A stretch of DNA of 60,769 nt, the filler included. It is 3 parts of 3 records of this genome, joined end to end, with 100 filler letters (N's around TTAATTAATTAA, not from the genome) between each part and the next. Parts side by side here need not be neighbours in the genome. Positions count along the whole stretch, not along the records: positions 1 to 14,519 come from SRR22947727_372; positions 14,620 to 37,381 come from SRR22947727_377; 1 more part is not named here. One strand, written 5' to 3'. Shown here one piece after another: positions 10,153-21,146 of the stretch. A model generated the notes under the pieces. The model was not told the DNA's origin, ran no database searches, and was given only the letters and a program-made list of their open reading frames with translations. Positions within the stretch are counted from its first letter, which is position 1. Each line of letters opens with the position of its first letter. Position numbers and translations under genes: made by a program.

Positions 10153-11237
10153 ACATGCTGAGGATAAGAACCAAGTATTCTTACAAGCGAGCCTGCACTT
10201 TTAACTTCTTTAATTGCAAGCTTTAATTTTGAATCATCTTTATGGCCTTCACAATCTATAAAGAAATCGTGAGAATTAATATTTCCTCTTGAGGGACGTG
10301 TTTCAATTTTACTTAAATTAATTTTTCTTTTTTCAAAAGGTCTTAAGATATTTATAAGTGCTCCGGGTTGATTTGCTGTTTGAATAAGAAAAGATGTTTT
10401 ATCTTTACCTGTTGAGCCGAGCTCATTTTGTCCAATGACAAGGAATCTTGTTTTGTTATCTGAATAATCTTGAATATCCTTTTTTTGTAATTTCAATTTA
10501 TATTTTTCAATAGCTAATGAATTAACAATACATAGGATATTTTTATTTTCTTTTGCATACTTCGCAGCTACCGCAGAACTTGGCATTTCTAATCTTTTGA
10601 TTGACCCAATATTTTTTTCTATCCATTTATTGCATTGTCCAAGTGCTTGAGGATGAGATGCAATGGCAAAAGCTTCCTTTATATCAAACTTATTGCCAGA
10701 GGCTAATTGATGGTTGATATCAAGATATATTTCGCCAATTATTGATAGGCTTTCATTGTCAGCAAGACAGTTTAAGGTTGTATTAATAACTCCTTCAGAT
10801 GAATTTTCAACTGGGACTACTCCAATATCTGACTCTCCTTTTAAAACTTGATGAAAAACATCATCGATTGTTGGTGATGGTATTCTTGAAACAAGCGAAC
10901 CAAAGTGTCCATGAACAGCTGCTTCTGAATGTGTTCCCTCTGGACCTAAATAAGATATTTTTAGTGCCTCTTCCAAAGAGAGACATCCTGAAATAAGCTC
11001 TTTGTATATTGTTTTTATCTTCTCATTCGAAAGAGCTCCGTTTTCATTATCTTTAAGAATATTTCTTAATATGGTTGCTTCTCTATCAGGCTTATAAAAT
11101 GATGAATTAGGACTTGTCTTTGATTTAATTTTGCCAATACTTACAGCCAAAGCTGCTCTCTTCTGAATTAATTTTAAAAGATCTTTATCAATTTTATCAA
11201 TTTTAGATCTTAAGGATTTTAAATTTTCTGTAGCCAT
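10149..11237 (-). CDS. pheA: Chorismate mutase/prephenate dehydratase (P-protein)
   Basis: N-terminal AroQ domain, YLGPEGTHS, PVENSSEG, TRFLVIG, ACT domain ETRPS. Confidence 0.95.
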   Translation of the reverse strand: MATENLKSLRSKIDKIDKDLLKLIQKRAALAVSIGKIKSKTSPNSSFYKPDREATILRNILKDNENGALSNEKIKTIYKELISGCLSLEEALKISYLGPEGTHSEAAVHGHFGSLVSRIPSPTIDDVFHQVLKGESDIGVVPVENSSEGVINTTLNCLADNESLSIIGEIYLDINHQLASGNKFDIKEAFAIASHPQALGQCNKWIEKNIGSIKRLEMPSSAVAAKYAKENKNILCIVNSLAIEKYKLKLQKKDIQDYSDNKTRFLVIGQNELGSTGKDKTSFLIQTANQPGALINILRPFEKRKINLSKIETRPSRGNINSHDFFIDCEGHKDDSKLKLAIKEVKSAGSLVRILGSYPQHV

Positions 11238-11243
11238 CTTGTA

Positions 11244-12320
11244 TTAACCATATTTTGCTTCAAAGATTTTCATAAAATCTACGAGCTCATTAACTCCTTC
11301 CAAAGGCATTGCATTATATATACTAGCTCTCATTCCGCCAACTGATCGATGGCCTTTTAAGTTAAGTAGTCCAATTTTTTCAGACTCTTCAAGGAAGAGG
11401 GAGTCAAGGTTATTGTCTGCTAGTATGAATGGAACATTCATTATTGATCTATTTTCAACTCTTACCGGATTTGAATAAAAGCTTGAATTATCTATATAGT
11501 TATATAGTGTTGACGCTTTCTTATGATTTTGTTCTTTAAAAAAATCTAGGCCGCCAGAGGTTTTTATCCATTTAAAAACTTTTCCTGCCATATACCATGA
11601 AAAGGTGGGGGGAGTATTTAACATAGAATCTGATTCAGCATGTTTAGAATATCTTAATATATTAGGAAGATTTTTATTCTCTCTATCCATAAAATCTTTG
11701 CTTATTATTACCATTGTTAGGCCAGCTGGACCAATATTTTTTTGAGCTCCAGCATAAATCAATGAAAATTTTGATACATCAATGGGCTCGCTAAGAATAA
11801 CTGATGACATATCTGCTATTAAAGGAGCGTTAACCACTGGAGCATTATGAATAGCAACGCCCTGGATGGTTTCATTTGGACAATAATGAACGTATGAGGC
11901 ATCGCTAGAAATATTCCATAAATCTTCATGGGGAGCATACGTAAACTTTTTGTCTTCAGATGAAGCAATTGTTTGAACTTGAGTCAACATAGATGCTTCT
12001 GAAATAGCTTTTTTTGACCAAGAACCAGATAAAACATAATCTGCTTGTGAGTTGGGTTCTGAGAAGTTAAGAGGAACCATTGAAAATTGATGAGTTGCTC
12101 CTCCCTGGAGAAACAATACATCATGAGAATCAGGAACTTTTAAAATATCAATAAAATCTTGTTTAGCCTCTCTTGCAACACCATCATAAATTTTAGATCT
12201 ATGGCTCATTTCCATAATAGACATACCAGAGTCACCCCATTCTAGTAATTCATCTCTTACTTCAGATAATACCTCTTCTGATATTACAGCTGGCCCTGCG
12301 CAGAAATTCCATTTGCGCAT
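11244..12320 (-). CDS. serC: Phosphoserine aminotransferase
   Basis: NFCAGPA, EMSHRS, GAQKNIGPAG, GHRSVGG; start ATG 12320 overlaps the gyrA stop (TAATG). Confidence 0.96.
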   Translation of the reverse strand: MRKWNFCAGPAVISEEVLSEVRDELLEWGDSGMSIMEMSHRSKIYDGVAREAKQDFIDILKVPDSHDVLFLQGGATHQFSMVPLNFSEPNSQADYVLSGSWSKKAISEASMLTQVQTIASSEDKKFTYAPHEDLWNISSDASYVHYCPNETIQGVAIHNAPVVNAPLIADMSSVILSEPIDVSKFSLIYAGAQKNIGPAGLTMVIISKDFMDRENKNLPNILRYSKHAESDSMLNTPPTFSWYMAGKVFKWIKTSGGLDFFKEQNHKKASTLYNYIDNSSFYSNPVRVENRSIMNVPFILADNNLDSLFLEESEKIGLLNLKGHRSVGGMRASIYNAMPLEGVNELVDFMKIFEAKYG

Positions 12321-14519
12321 TATTCTTCCTCTTGATCTTCTTCGTTTGGAATGGTCACACACTCTATAAGTTTTTCACCATCTTTTGGAGTAATGATTTT
12401 AACACCTTGGGTATTTCGACTTAGGGTTGGTATTTGAGAAACACTTGTTCTGATCATAGTTCCTTTATCGCTAATCAACATGATTCCATCTTCGTCTTCT
12501 ACCAAAGCAGCCGAGACCATCAGACCATTTCTTTCACTGGTTTTCATAGAAATAACGCCTTGCCCTCCTCTATTATGAGATGGGAAATCCTCTAAAGCTG
12601 TTTTCTTACCATATCCATTTTCTGAAACACATAAAATGGTTTTTTCTGGATCACCAACCATTAGAGAGATAAGTTTTTCATTTTTTTTCAATCTAAGCCC
12701 TCTTACACCTCGAGCTGTTCGGCCCATAGGTCTAACATGCGATTCATTAAACCTAATTAATTTTCCAGAAGAAGATGCTAATAGAATCTCATCATCGCCT
12801 GATGTTATTGCAGTACCAACTAATTTATCATCATCATCAAGGTTAATAGCTTTAATTCCAGATTTATATTTTTTTGAGAAAAGACTTAAGTTGGTTTTCT
12901 TGGTTGTTCCGTTTCGAGTTGCCATAAAAATGCATTTTTCGTCAGAAAATTCACTGACAGGAAGAATTTCACTTACGGATTCATCATCATCTAAATTTAG
13001 CATATTGACTAAAGGTCTTCCTTTGGATGTTCTTGAAGCAACAGGAATTTCATATACCTTCAACCAAAAGACTTTACCCTTGGTGGTAAAACATAAAATT
13101 TGCATATGACTACTAAGAACATATAGATTCTGAATTAGATCTTCTTCTTTAACAGAGGCTGCTGCCTTTCCTTGGCCCCCTCTTCTTTGCTCTCTGTATT
13201 CATCAAGAGGTTGAGTTTTTGCATAACCACTTCTAGAAACTGTAAGAACTCTCATCTCCTCAGGTATCAGATCTTCGTTAGTGATACCTCTTCTAGTATC
13301 ATTTATAAGTGTTCTTCTTTCATCACCAAAATTAGATTTAACTTCCTCAAGCTCATCTATCATTAGATTTTTGAGGGTTTCTTTATCATCTAATATTTTT
13401 TGAAGATCGATTATCTTTGATACTATTTCTGAAAACTCACCACTTAGATTGTCTTGTTCTAAGCCAGTTAATCTTCCTAACCTTAGCTCTAAGATTGCTT
13501 TTGCTTGATCTGAGGAGAGCTTGTATTTTTTTCCATTAATACCAAGATCTTTGCTAAGACCCTTGGGCTTGCATGCATCATTACCAACTTTTTTCAAAAT
13601 AGCTTCCACAGGCCCAGCTTTCCAAACTTTTTTACATAAAGCTTCGGCAGCTAATTTTGGATCTTTTGATTTTTTAATAATTGTTATAACTTCATCGATA
13701 TTTGCTATTGCGACCATTAAACCTTCAACAATATGACCTCTATCTTTAGCTTTCTTAAGATCATACTTAGTCCTTTTGGTAATAATATCTTTTCTGTGTT
13801 TAACAAATGCTTCAAGCATCTCTTTGAGGTTGACTTCTTTTGGCTGTCCATCAACTAAAACAGTGAAATTAATTCCAAACGATTGCTCTAGTTGAGTTTG
13901 TGCAAAAAGATTATTTTCTAAAACTTCTACCGAATCTCCTTTTCTAACTTCTATAACAACTCTTAACCCATCTTTATCAGACTCATCTCTTATTTCTGTT
14001 ATGCCCTCTATTTTTTTATCCTTAACAAGTTCAGCAATTTTCTCAAGCATTCTTGCCTTGTTAACCATGAAAGGAATTTCATTAATAATTAGAGATTGTT
14101 TGCCTGATTTTTCATCTTCTTCAATAGAGGTATTTGACCTAGTATGAATAATACCTCTTCCAGTTTTATATGCCTCATATATACCAGCCCTTCCATCAAT
14201 GGTTCCACCTGTGGGGAAGTCTGGTCCAGAAATGTCTTTAATTAGGTCATCTATAGACAACTTTGGATTATTAATTAAATTTATGCTGGCATTTATAACC
14301 TCTGTTAGATTATGTGGAGGAATATTTGTTGCCATTCCAACAGCAATTCCTGATGAACCATTCACTAAAAGATTTGGGATCTTTGTAGGCAGAACATCTG
14401 GAATAAATTCACTTCCATCGTAATTTGGAGAATAAGAGACTGTTTCTTTCTCAATATCTCCATACATTTGATCAGTAATTTTGGCCATTCTAACTTCTGT
14501 ATATCTCATAGCAGCAGGA
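12320..14519 (-). CDS. gyrA: DNA gyrase subunit A, 5'-truncated by contig end
   Basis: PAAMRYTE catalytic Tyr motif, GIAVGMATNIPPHN, GyrA-box QRRGGQG, beta-pinwheel repeats. Confidence 0.97.
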
Positions 14520-14619
14520 NNNNNNNNNNNNNNNNNNNNNNNNNNNNNNNNNNNNNNNNNNNNTTAATTAATTAANNNNNNNNNNNNNNNNNNNNNNNNN
14601 NNNNNNNNNNNNNNNNNNN
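14520..14619. other. Artificial contig spacer (N44-TTAATTAATTAA-N44)
   Basis: N runs around a six-frame stop linker at 14564-14575; genes are truncated on both sides. Confidence 0.98.
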
Positions 14620-15525
14620 CTTGCCAATTTGCGCTGGTGCAAAAAAGAATTCAGGCTTAGCACCTGGCATTTTTCCGCCACTGCGACGTTCTTCCCAGTG
14701 AGTGGCACCCACACCTATGGAACGCACCATATTATCACCAAGATAATTGTGAAGTATATTCCTTAGCTCACCATTTCCAGACATATCCACATAGGCAGTC
14801 TTTTTAGATGAGTCTATTTCACTCTCCTCACCATAAGTCACAATCTGTTGACAATCACCAAGGCTTTCAACAAATGCCTCATTCCTCGGAGATGTCAGGC
14901 CAACTAATTTACCATCGAAATTTGTCTCAGAATTTAGGAAGGCGGCCATACTAAATCCAGTCTTCGATGACACAGATCCAATCAAGACCTGTTCTGCACC
15001 CCAATAATTATTATCCGCTAGAAAATCAGCGAGCACATAGCCAGTCATAAAAAGCGGGAATAAAAGGCAACGTTCATTCTCTAATGTTTTAAAAAGCGCC
15101 GGCTCGCCCGCAGTTCGACTATAACCATTGTACAGCTCTGGAAGGGGCTTGCGATGTTCGGCTATATCCACGAAAGAAGCTGCTTTCATTTTACCTGGTC
15201 TCATAATAACTTCGCTAGACATAGGTAAAAAGCCGTAAATGCGCTCGCCCACTTCTACACCGTTACATTTAGACTCAACAATGTCGGCCATGCCCCAAAC
15301 GGGTACTTTACCCCAATTGACCCCATTATTGGAATCAACTGGATAATATTTCCAATATCCAATCATATCGCCAGAAACGGCATAACTAACATTATTGGCT
15401 GTAAGGCCGTACTTATCTATGGCAACGCGAACCTCGCCGTCAACTAAAGGACGGGATTTAGTTTCGATAATTTTGGTATTGCGGTAGTTGTCGCGGTCGA
15501 TCAAAAGTTCCTGCATTTTCATCAT
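14620..15525 (-). CDS. DUF2855-like protein, 3'-truncated
   Basis: GLTANNVSYA, YWKYYP, VPVWG, PLFMTG, VGATHW, FFFAPAQI resemble DUF2855. Confidence 0.75.
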
Positions 15526-15526
15526 T

Positions 15527-16156
15527 TTATTTCCTTAGTTCAAAAAAGAATGAAGCGTTCTGCGCGAGAGAAACCAAAAGTATGAGCAATAATGGCACCC
15601 AAAATTTTGGTTTCAGATAAGTGCTCATAAATGATTGCATCGGAAATGAAATTGTACCGTCAATGGCCGCCAATTTGTATTTATGGCTGTCTGCAAAACG
15701 AGGGTCGGATACGAGCAACATCAAGTCTCGGCGGCTTCGGTAGCGCATCGTACCAATAGAATGAAATCCTTCATCCGCGGAAGCATTCCAACTATCAATA
15801 TAACCCCCTTTCTTGCGGAACATCAAGACTGGATGGCCACCACGTTTAAAGAGAGCCTTTGAAAAGGGTCCAAAATAATCTTGAATCAGCTTTGCACCGC
15901 TCATTTTTTCGCTCGTATTCGGATGCTCGATCTTTCCATCATGAAAGCGCACAAGGTTGAGCATGATGAATTCTTTGCCGTCATCCTCTTCCAAAAACTT
16001 TCTCAAAACAACAGGATCAGTTGGAGATTGAGACATACTTAACTGCTTAATGAAACTGTCAATTTCATTCCCTTTTAAAGGCCCCTTCCAGTTAAAATAC
16101 CACCCTACGAACATGAGGTAAGCTATGGCTGCAACTAAACAAATCCACCAATTCAT
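15527..16156 (-). CDS. Membrane-anchored hypothetical protein (DUF1330-like core)
   Basis: N- and C-terminal TM helices; MLNLVRF and RYRSRRD motifs. Confidence 0.55.
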   Translation of the reverse strand: MNWWICLVAAIAYLMFVGWYFNWKGPLKGNEIDSFIKQLSMSQSPTDPVVLRKFLEEDDGKEFIMLNLVRFHDGKIEHPNTSEKMSGAKLIQDYFGPFSKALFKRGGHPVLMFRKKGGYIDSWNASADEGFHSIGTMRYRSRRDLMLLVSDPRFADSHKYKLAAIDGTISFPMQSFMSTYLKPKFWVPLLLILLVSLAQNASFFFELRK

Positions 16157-17151
16157 GATCTCACCTTTATAAGTAATTTGCCTTGGTTGCCACCACGAAA
16201 GAGCATCTCGAACGCTATTGGGAAACTTTCGATACCTTCAACGATATGTTCGCGAAAAATAAGGTCTCCTTTTTTCTGGGCCGTTAAAAGCGCTATGAAT
16301 GCTTCCGGTACACGGTGCATATAATCTTTCATGGTGAAGCCCTGCATTTTGGCGCTTTGCGCAATAAGCTGCATGTAGTTTTTAGGACCAGACTGATTAT
16401 AAAAATCAGCATATTGAGAAATGGCGCCACAGACGACTATTGTACCCTTGTAGTTAATACGCGCCAATACAGCATCGAGAATGTCACCGCCTACGTTATC
16501 AAAGTAGATATCTATCCCGTTCGGACACTCACGGGTAAGGCCTTCTCCAATGTTATCACTTTTATAATCTATCGCGCCGTCCAAAAGAAGTTCTTCTTTC
16601 AAAAACGCACATTTAATTGGCCCGCCTGCAATGCCGATAACACGCGCACCCGCCATTTTTGCGGACTGCGCTGCAATCGTTCCTACCGCGCCTGCCGCCG
16701 CTGAAACTACAACCGTTTTACCCGGCTCTGGTTTGCCGATATCCAGCATGCCAAAATATCCCGTGTACCCCGTCATTCCAAGGCCAGAAAGATAATGATT
16801 TGGAGGTGCAAGGTTCACATCAACTTTACGAAGGTGTTTCCCCTTCAATACGCCTTCGGTCTGCATACCCGTAAACCCAGTCACCCAATCGCCTGCAGCA
16901 AGCCCCTCATATTTAGTCTCCATTACTTCGCCAATACCAAAGGCTCTCATAATTTTCCCTGGTTGAACGGGAGGCATGTAACTGCGTTTATTCGTGGTCC
17001 ATCCTGTCATGGCAGGGTCAATGGAAATCCAGTCAAGGCGCACCAAAACCTCTCCATCCTGAACGGGCGGAGGGTCATCATGAGTCAGTTCAAAAATATC
17101 ATTACCGGTATCTGCTGTTCGGAATTTTGTGAGTCGATATTGAGATGTCAT
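16153..17151 (-). CDS. NADP-dependent MDR oxidoreductase (CurA/prostaglandin reductase-like)
   Basis: SIDPAM, VSAAAGAVG, YFDNVGG, CGAISQY, NQGKLL. Confidence 0.9.
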   Translation of the reverse strand: MTSQYRLTKFRTADTGNDIFELTHDDPPPVQDGEVLVRLDWISIDPAMTGWTTNKRSYMPPVQPGKIMRAFGIGEVMETKYEGLAAGDWVTGFTGMQTEGVLKGKHLRKVDVNLAPPNHYLSGLGMTGYTGYFGMLDIGKPEPGKTVVVSAAAGAVGTIAAQSAKMAGARVIGIAGGPIKCAFLKEELLLDGAIDYKSDNIGEGLTRECPNGIDIYFDNVGGDILDAVLARINYKGTIVVCGAISQYADFYNQSGPKNYMQLIAQSAKMQGFTMKDYMHRVPEAFIALLTAQKKGDLIFREHIVEGIESFPIAFEMLFRGGNQGKLLIKVRS

Positions 17152-17162
17152 GAATTAATTTC

Positions 17163-18941
17163 CTAAAATTGATAGTCTTTTACAGAAATGCGCTTGAATG
17201 TTGCTATATTCATAGCAGCATATGATTTTGTTTCAGGATTTAAAAACCAGATGGGGTCGTTAACCTGTTTAAGATCAAACCCTTCTTTTACGGCCTCAAC
17301 CTTTCGAAATTTGAACGTTCCTGTCGTATCTACATCTGTCCGCACCCGCAAAAACAAAGGTATCGCATATACCGGTAAAACGGACTTTAGGTAGCTTGCA
17401 AGTTCAGCAAAATCGATATCTTTGACTAGAGTGATAGAGGCCATGCCAGCCCGCCCTTCGCAACCCGGCACTTCCACGCCGTAAACATTAGCCATATCAA
17501 TGCCCTCAAATTTAGATAAAACATCACCGACTTCATTGGTGGCAACATTTTCTCCTTTCCAGCGATAAGTATCACCAATGCGATCAATGAAATAGACGTA
17601 ACCCATAGCATCTCTGCGCATGAGATCACCGGTTCGAAACCATTTATCGCCCTTTTCAAAAACATTAGTAAGGATTTTTTTGTCGGTTTGTTTTGTATCA
17701 TGATATCCTTGAAAGCTTTCTCGGCCTTGATCCATTATACGGCCAATAGCCTCACCGACTTCATCTATTCCCGATTTTATACAAAAGCCGTTATCATCGC
17801 GAATAGGTAACTCACTTTCTACGTCAAACTTGACAAATGCGGTTCCTATTTTTTTATCCAAAAATCGGGGTAATTGCCCAATAGCTCCGACTTTTCCGTC
17901 CAGATTCAAAAGTATTACGTTTCCCTCGGTCGACCCATAGAGTTCGTGCATAGATGGGACCTTAAATCGCTCGACAAATTCCTCCCAAACATCTCCCCTA
18001 AGTCCGTTACCAAATCCGGCTCTTAGGTTATGAGATGTTTCTTTTGGATGCGGCCGGGTATTTAAAAGATAACGACATAACTCCCCAATATAGACAAAAA
18101 TCGTTGCCTTATATTCCGATACATCGGTCCAGAAATCAGATGCAGAAAACCGGCGTTTTAAGATTGTCGTCGCCCCATTATACAGCGCACTACCTATGGC
18201 CAAACCACCCCCTGTAATATGATAAAGGGGCAGAACAATGTAGATTCGGTCATCAGGCGATATTTTTGCTAGGCTAATCGGCATTCGAAATGTACGGCGC
18301 ATGCGACTATGGACAAGTTTAGCAGCTTTGGGGAGACCAGTCGTTCCAGAAGTATAAATATATGCACATACATCATGAATAGTCAGGTTATCACGATAAC
18401 TTCTATCTGGGCGAGTCGATAAACTATTTTCCAAGGCAGCTTCAAGATCATGGCCAAATTTTCCATCGAAGTCCCATAACTCAACTTCGGCATCTAATTT
18501 GCTAAGCATTTTTTTAGTATTTTTCGCCTGAGAACCAGAGGCGATAATAGCTTGAGCATCGACTATATTGATACAGTGCGCAAGTCCAACGTCTTCCAAA
18601 TTACAATTCACCAATGCGATTTCTATACCGACCTTAGACAAACCAAACCACACTGCCGGGTAATCGGGACAATTTTCCAATACCAGAGCAACAACATCAC
18701 CTTGTTTTAATCCCTGTCCCAAGGCCCAATGAGCCAATCGGTTAGCGCGGGCTTCGAAGGCTTTATAGGTCCAGCTCTCTCCTTCAAAGATGATACAAGG
18801 CTTTTCAGGAAATTTATCGACTGTTGCTTCTATTTCATCAGGTACCAGTACGTCTGGAGTTTGGTCAACCTTATCCGACATTTTCAACAAACGATTCATA
18901 CGTTTTAAAAACCGGGCGTAATTAATTACTTTAGATATCAT
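17163..18941 (-). CDS. Long-chain acyl-CoA synthetase (FATP/VLACS type)
   Basis: YTSGTTGLPKAA, YIGELCRYL, WFRTGD, DRIGDTYRWKGENVAT FATP signature. Confidence 0.92.
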   Translation of the reverse strand: MISKVINYARFLKRMNRLLKMSDKVDQTPDVLVPDEIEATVDKFPEKPCIIFEGESWTYKAFEARANRLAHWALGQGLKQGDVVALVLENCPDYPAVWFGLSKVGIEIALVNCNLEDVGLAHCINIVDAQAIIASGSQAKNTKKMLSKLDAEVELWDFDGKFGHDLEAALENSLSTRPDRSYRDNLTIHDVCAYIYTSGTTGLPKAAKLVHSRMRRTFRMPISLAKISPDDRIYIVLPLYHITGGGLAIGSALYNGATTILKRRFSASDFWTDVSEYKATIFVYIGELCRYLLNTRPHPKETSHNLRAGFGNGLRGDVWEEFVERFKVPSMHELYGSTEGNVILLNLDGKVGAIGQLPRFLDKKIGTAFVKFDVESELPIRDDNGFCIKSGIDEVGEAIGRIMDQGRESFQGYHDTKQTDKKILTNVFEKGDKWFRTGDLMRRDAMGYVYFIDRIGDTYRWKGENVATNEVGDVLSKFEGIDMANVYGVEVPGCEGRAGMASITLVKDIDFAELASYLKSVLPVYAIPLFLRVRTDVDTTGTFKFRKVEAVKEGFDLKQVNDPIWFLNPETKSYAAMNIATFKRISVKDYQF

Positions 18942-19879
18942 GCACTGAAACTTTCATAAAACTTGAGCACTTCACACGCGTACTCTTGGGGAATATCTTC
19001 AAGCAGGAAGTGCGACCCGCCTTTGAGGATGATCGGCTCATAATCTCGCGTTCCCGGAATAGCTGGCCGGACCGACTTATACCCTTTCGGCGCTATTTGA
19101 TCCTTATCTGAAAAAAGGTTCAAAAACGGCTTTTCGAAGTTTTTAAGTTTCTGCAAAGCCTGCCAGTTCTCCCTCAAAATAGGATTATCATTCCGCGTTG
19201 GCAGCATTTGTGTAAATTGCCGATGTCCCGTCAGATAGGATTTATCCGGATAGGGCGCAGCATAACTATCAATAACGGCTTGCGGCATGTCTGATAGAGC
19301 AAATTTTGCAATCGTTTTCCAATGTCTCCACCCCTTATTGAACCGGATCCAAAGCTGAAAAGCTCGCAAGAAGCCCGCGCCCTTTCGGGCCATTTTTGTG
19401 ATAGGTTTATCGGGGTCCCTGTTCGCAAGACCTGTATTAGACATAATGATTGAACTGACTTTATCCTGATTATCCGCAATGGCGCGCAGACCAATGATGC
19501 CGCCCCAGTCATGTAAAATGAAGTGCGCGTCCTTGACGCCAACTTCCTCAAACAGAGCTTGTTTTACCCAGGCCTCATGGCGCGCAATAGTATAGTCACT
19601 CATTTTGGTCGGTTTGTCCGAACGGCCAGCGCCGATGTGATCGATAGCAATAGCGCGATACCCATTGTCCGCCAGAACCGTAATGAGATTTCGCCACATA
19701 TAGGACCAAGTCGGGTTGCCGTGGATCATCACCACGGTCTGACCGTCCTTCGACCCCTCATCCACATAGTGCATGCGAAGCTTGCCGCCCTCTTGGTCAT
19801 CGACTTCTACATAATTAGGCGCAAAAGGATAATCGGCCAGATTTTCAAAATTGCTGTCGGAGCTGCGGTTATACTCCAT
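18938..19879 (-). CDS. Haloalkane dehalogenase family alpha/beta hydrolase
   Basis: DYPFAPNY...LRMHYVDEG, HGNPTWSY, GRSDKP, HDWGG nucleophile, SHFLLED. Confidence 0.85.
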   Translation of the reverse strand: MEYNRSSDSNFENLADYPFAPNYVEVDDQEGGKLRMHYVDEGSKDGQTVVMIHGNPTWSYMWRNLITVLADNGYRAIAIDHIGAGRSDKPTKMSDYTIARHEAWVKQALFEEVGVKDAHFILHDWGGIIGLRAIADNQDKVSSIIMSNTGLANRDPDKPITKMARKGAGFLRAFQLWIRFNKGWRHWKTIAKFALSDMPQAVIDSYAAPYPDKSYLTGHRQFTQMLPTRNDNPILRENWQALQKLKNFEKPFLNLFSDKDQIAPKGYKSVRPAIPGTRDYEPIILKGGSHFLLEDIPQEYACEVLKFYESFSA

Positions 19880-19881
19880 GA

Positions 19882-21027
19882 TTAGTCTCCCCAGACTTCA
19901 TGATAGTCTTTTCGCAAAACCCGGCGGCTAGGCCTTTTATCCAAAAAGGCTTCGAGACCCGTCTGAGTAAATAAATCCCGAATGTCCTTTTGCGCATTCT
20001 CGGGACAGCCATCAACATGATCCCAGAGCCTTTGAGCCAAATAGAAACGGTATGGCATGACAACAGAAGAAATAAACTCACCGCGCCATTTAAACTCGGC
20101 AAAACCAATACCACGTCCCAAAGGCGCTTTGACCTTTTCCGGGTTTACTCCCTGCTTTGCTAACCACTGCTCCGTATAGTCAACATGAGCCGAGAATTCT
20201 GCTGCATATTCTTCACCAACATACTTCATCAAGGCTTTAAGAGTTTCTGGAATGTTGTCTGCGCCATATAACCCGGTTTGCGGATTGTCCAATGTATGCT
20301 CCTCGGTGACTTCAGCCCGGTTCATGCGCTCGACCCAGTTCCATACTAGCGGCGCTGTCGTTTTCATCAAATATGCTGGCTTAGGGTCGCGGGCCAAATG
20401 AGCATAAAGCGGATTAAATAGCCCGTAATCCCCAATAGTTGGTTGATCACCAAGCAAGAAGAAACTCTTGCTTAAATGAGCACTATAGAGATTTAAAAAC
20501 TCAGCATAACTCTGCTCGATCAATGCTTTAGTAGTGTCAAAAACCCCAAAAGCCATTGCGGCCTTGCGCATCCGTCCGGATGCATACTCAAAGCCTGTAT
20601 CATTGCCTTTCACCCCCATTTCAAGAGACAGAACATCGCGGAAGCTGACTTTAAGAAAATCGAGGTTTTCTTCATCAAAATTCCAACGATAATGCATTGC
20701 AGGACGGAGCAGACCCTCATTGCCAAAAAGCTGGAACAATAAAGCCACCGCCTTCGTAATAGGGTCCTCAGGAAACAACGGCTCACGGCCGAGCCCGCAG
20801 GCCTCAAAATATTCCAAAATGTCGGTGCCGTCCTGAACAATGTCCCCGTCAGGGGTTTCTATCACAGGCATAATAAAGCGCTGCATATGCGGGTAAATAC
20901 GGGTCATAAACTCAGGATGTCCTGCGCCGCGCTCGGTTACAGGAATACGGTTACGCCGCATATAAGCGCGCGCCTTACCTGTATAGAGCGAGGCTTGCAT
21001 GCCATATAATATGAAGTTTTGATTCAT
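19882..21027 (-). CDS. Large glutathione S-transferase family protein
   Basis: SLYTGKARAY, MPVIETPDG, QDGT, RPAMHYRW, AHLARDP; start likely ATG 21027, since the upstream ATG lies inside the operator palindrome. Confidence 0.8.
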   Translation of the reverse strand: MNQNFILYGMQASLYTGKARAYMRRNRIPVTERGAGHPEFMTRIYPHMQRFIMPVIETPDGDIVQDGTDILEYFEACGLGREPLFPEDPITKAVALLFQLFGNEGLLRPAMHYRWNFDEENLDFLKVSFRDVLSLEMGVKGNDTGFEYASGRMRKAAMAFGVFDTTKALIEQSYAEFLNLYSAHLSKSFFLLGDQPTIGDYGLFNPLYAHLARDPKPAYLMKTTAPLVWNWVERMNRAEVTEEHTLDNPQTGLYGADNIPETLKALMKYVGEEYAAEFSAHVDYTEQWLAKQGVNPEKVKAPLGRGIGFAEFKWRGEFISSVVMPYRFYLAQRLWDHVDGCPENAQKDIRDLFTQTGLEAFLDKRPSRRVLRKDYHEVWGD

Positions 21028-21045
21028 TAAGTACTTTACCTGTTC

Positions 21046-21090
21046 TGATTTTATCATTATGACACTAACAGTGCCATAATGATAAAATCA
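21046..21090. promoter_or_regulatory. Operator-like inverted repeat (21-bp arms) with core motif copy 1 at 21060-21076
   Basis: TGATTTTATCATTATGACACT-aac-AGTGCCATAATGATAAAATCA, one mismatch, between divergent genes. Confidence 0.75.
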
Positions 21091-21146
21091 AGGGAATTTT
21101 AGAAAATCAGTATCTTTAAAGATAACATTTGTAGTAGAACAAGATT

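Noticed and set aside
14564-14575. TTAATTAATTAA palindrome, repeated at 37426-37437
   Set aside because: Synthetic six-frame stop linker; ORF ends that run into it are artefacts.
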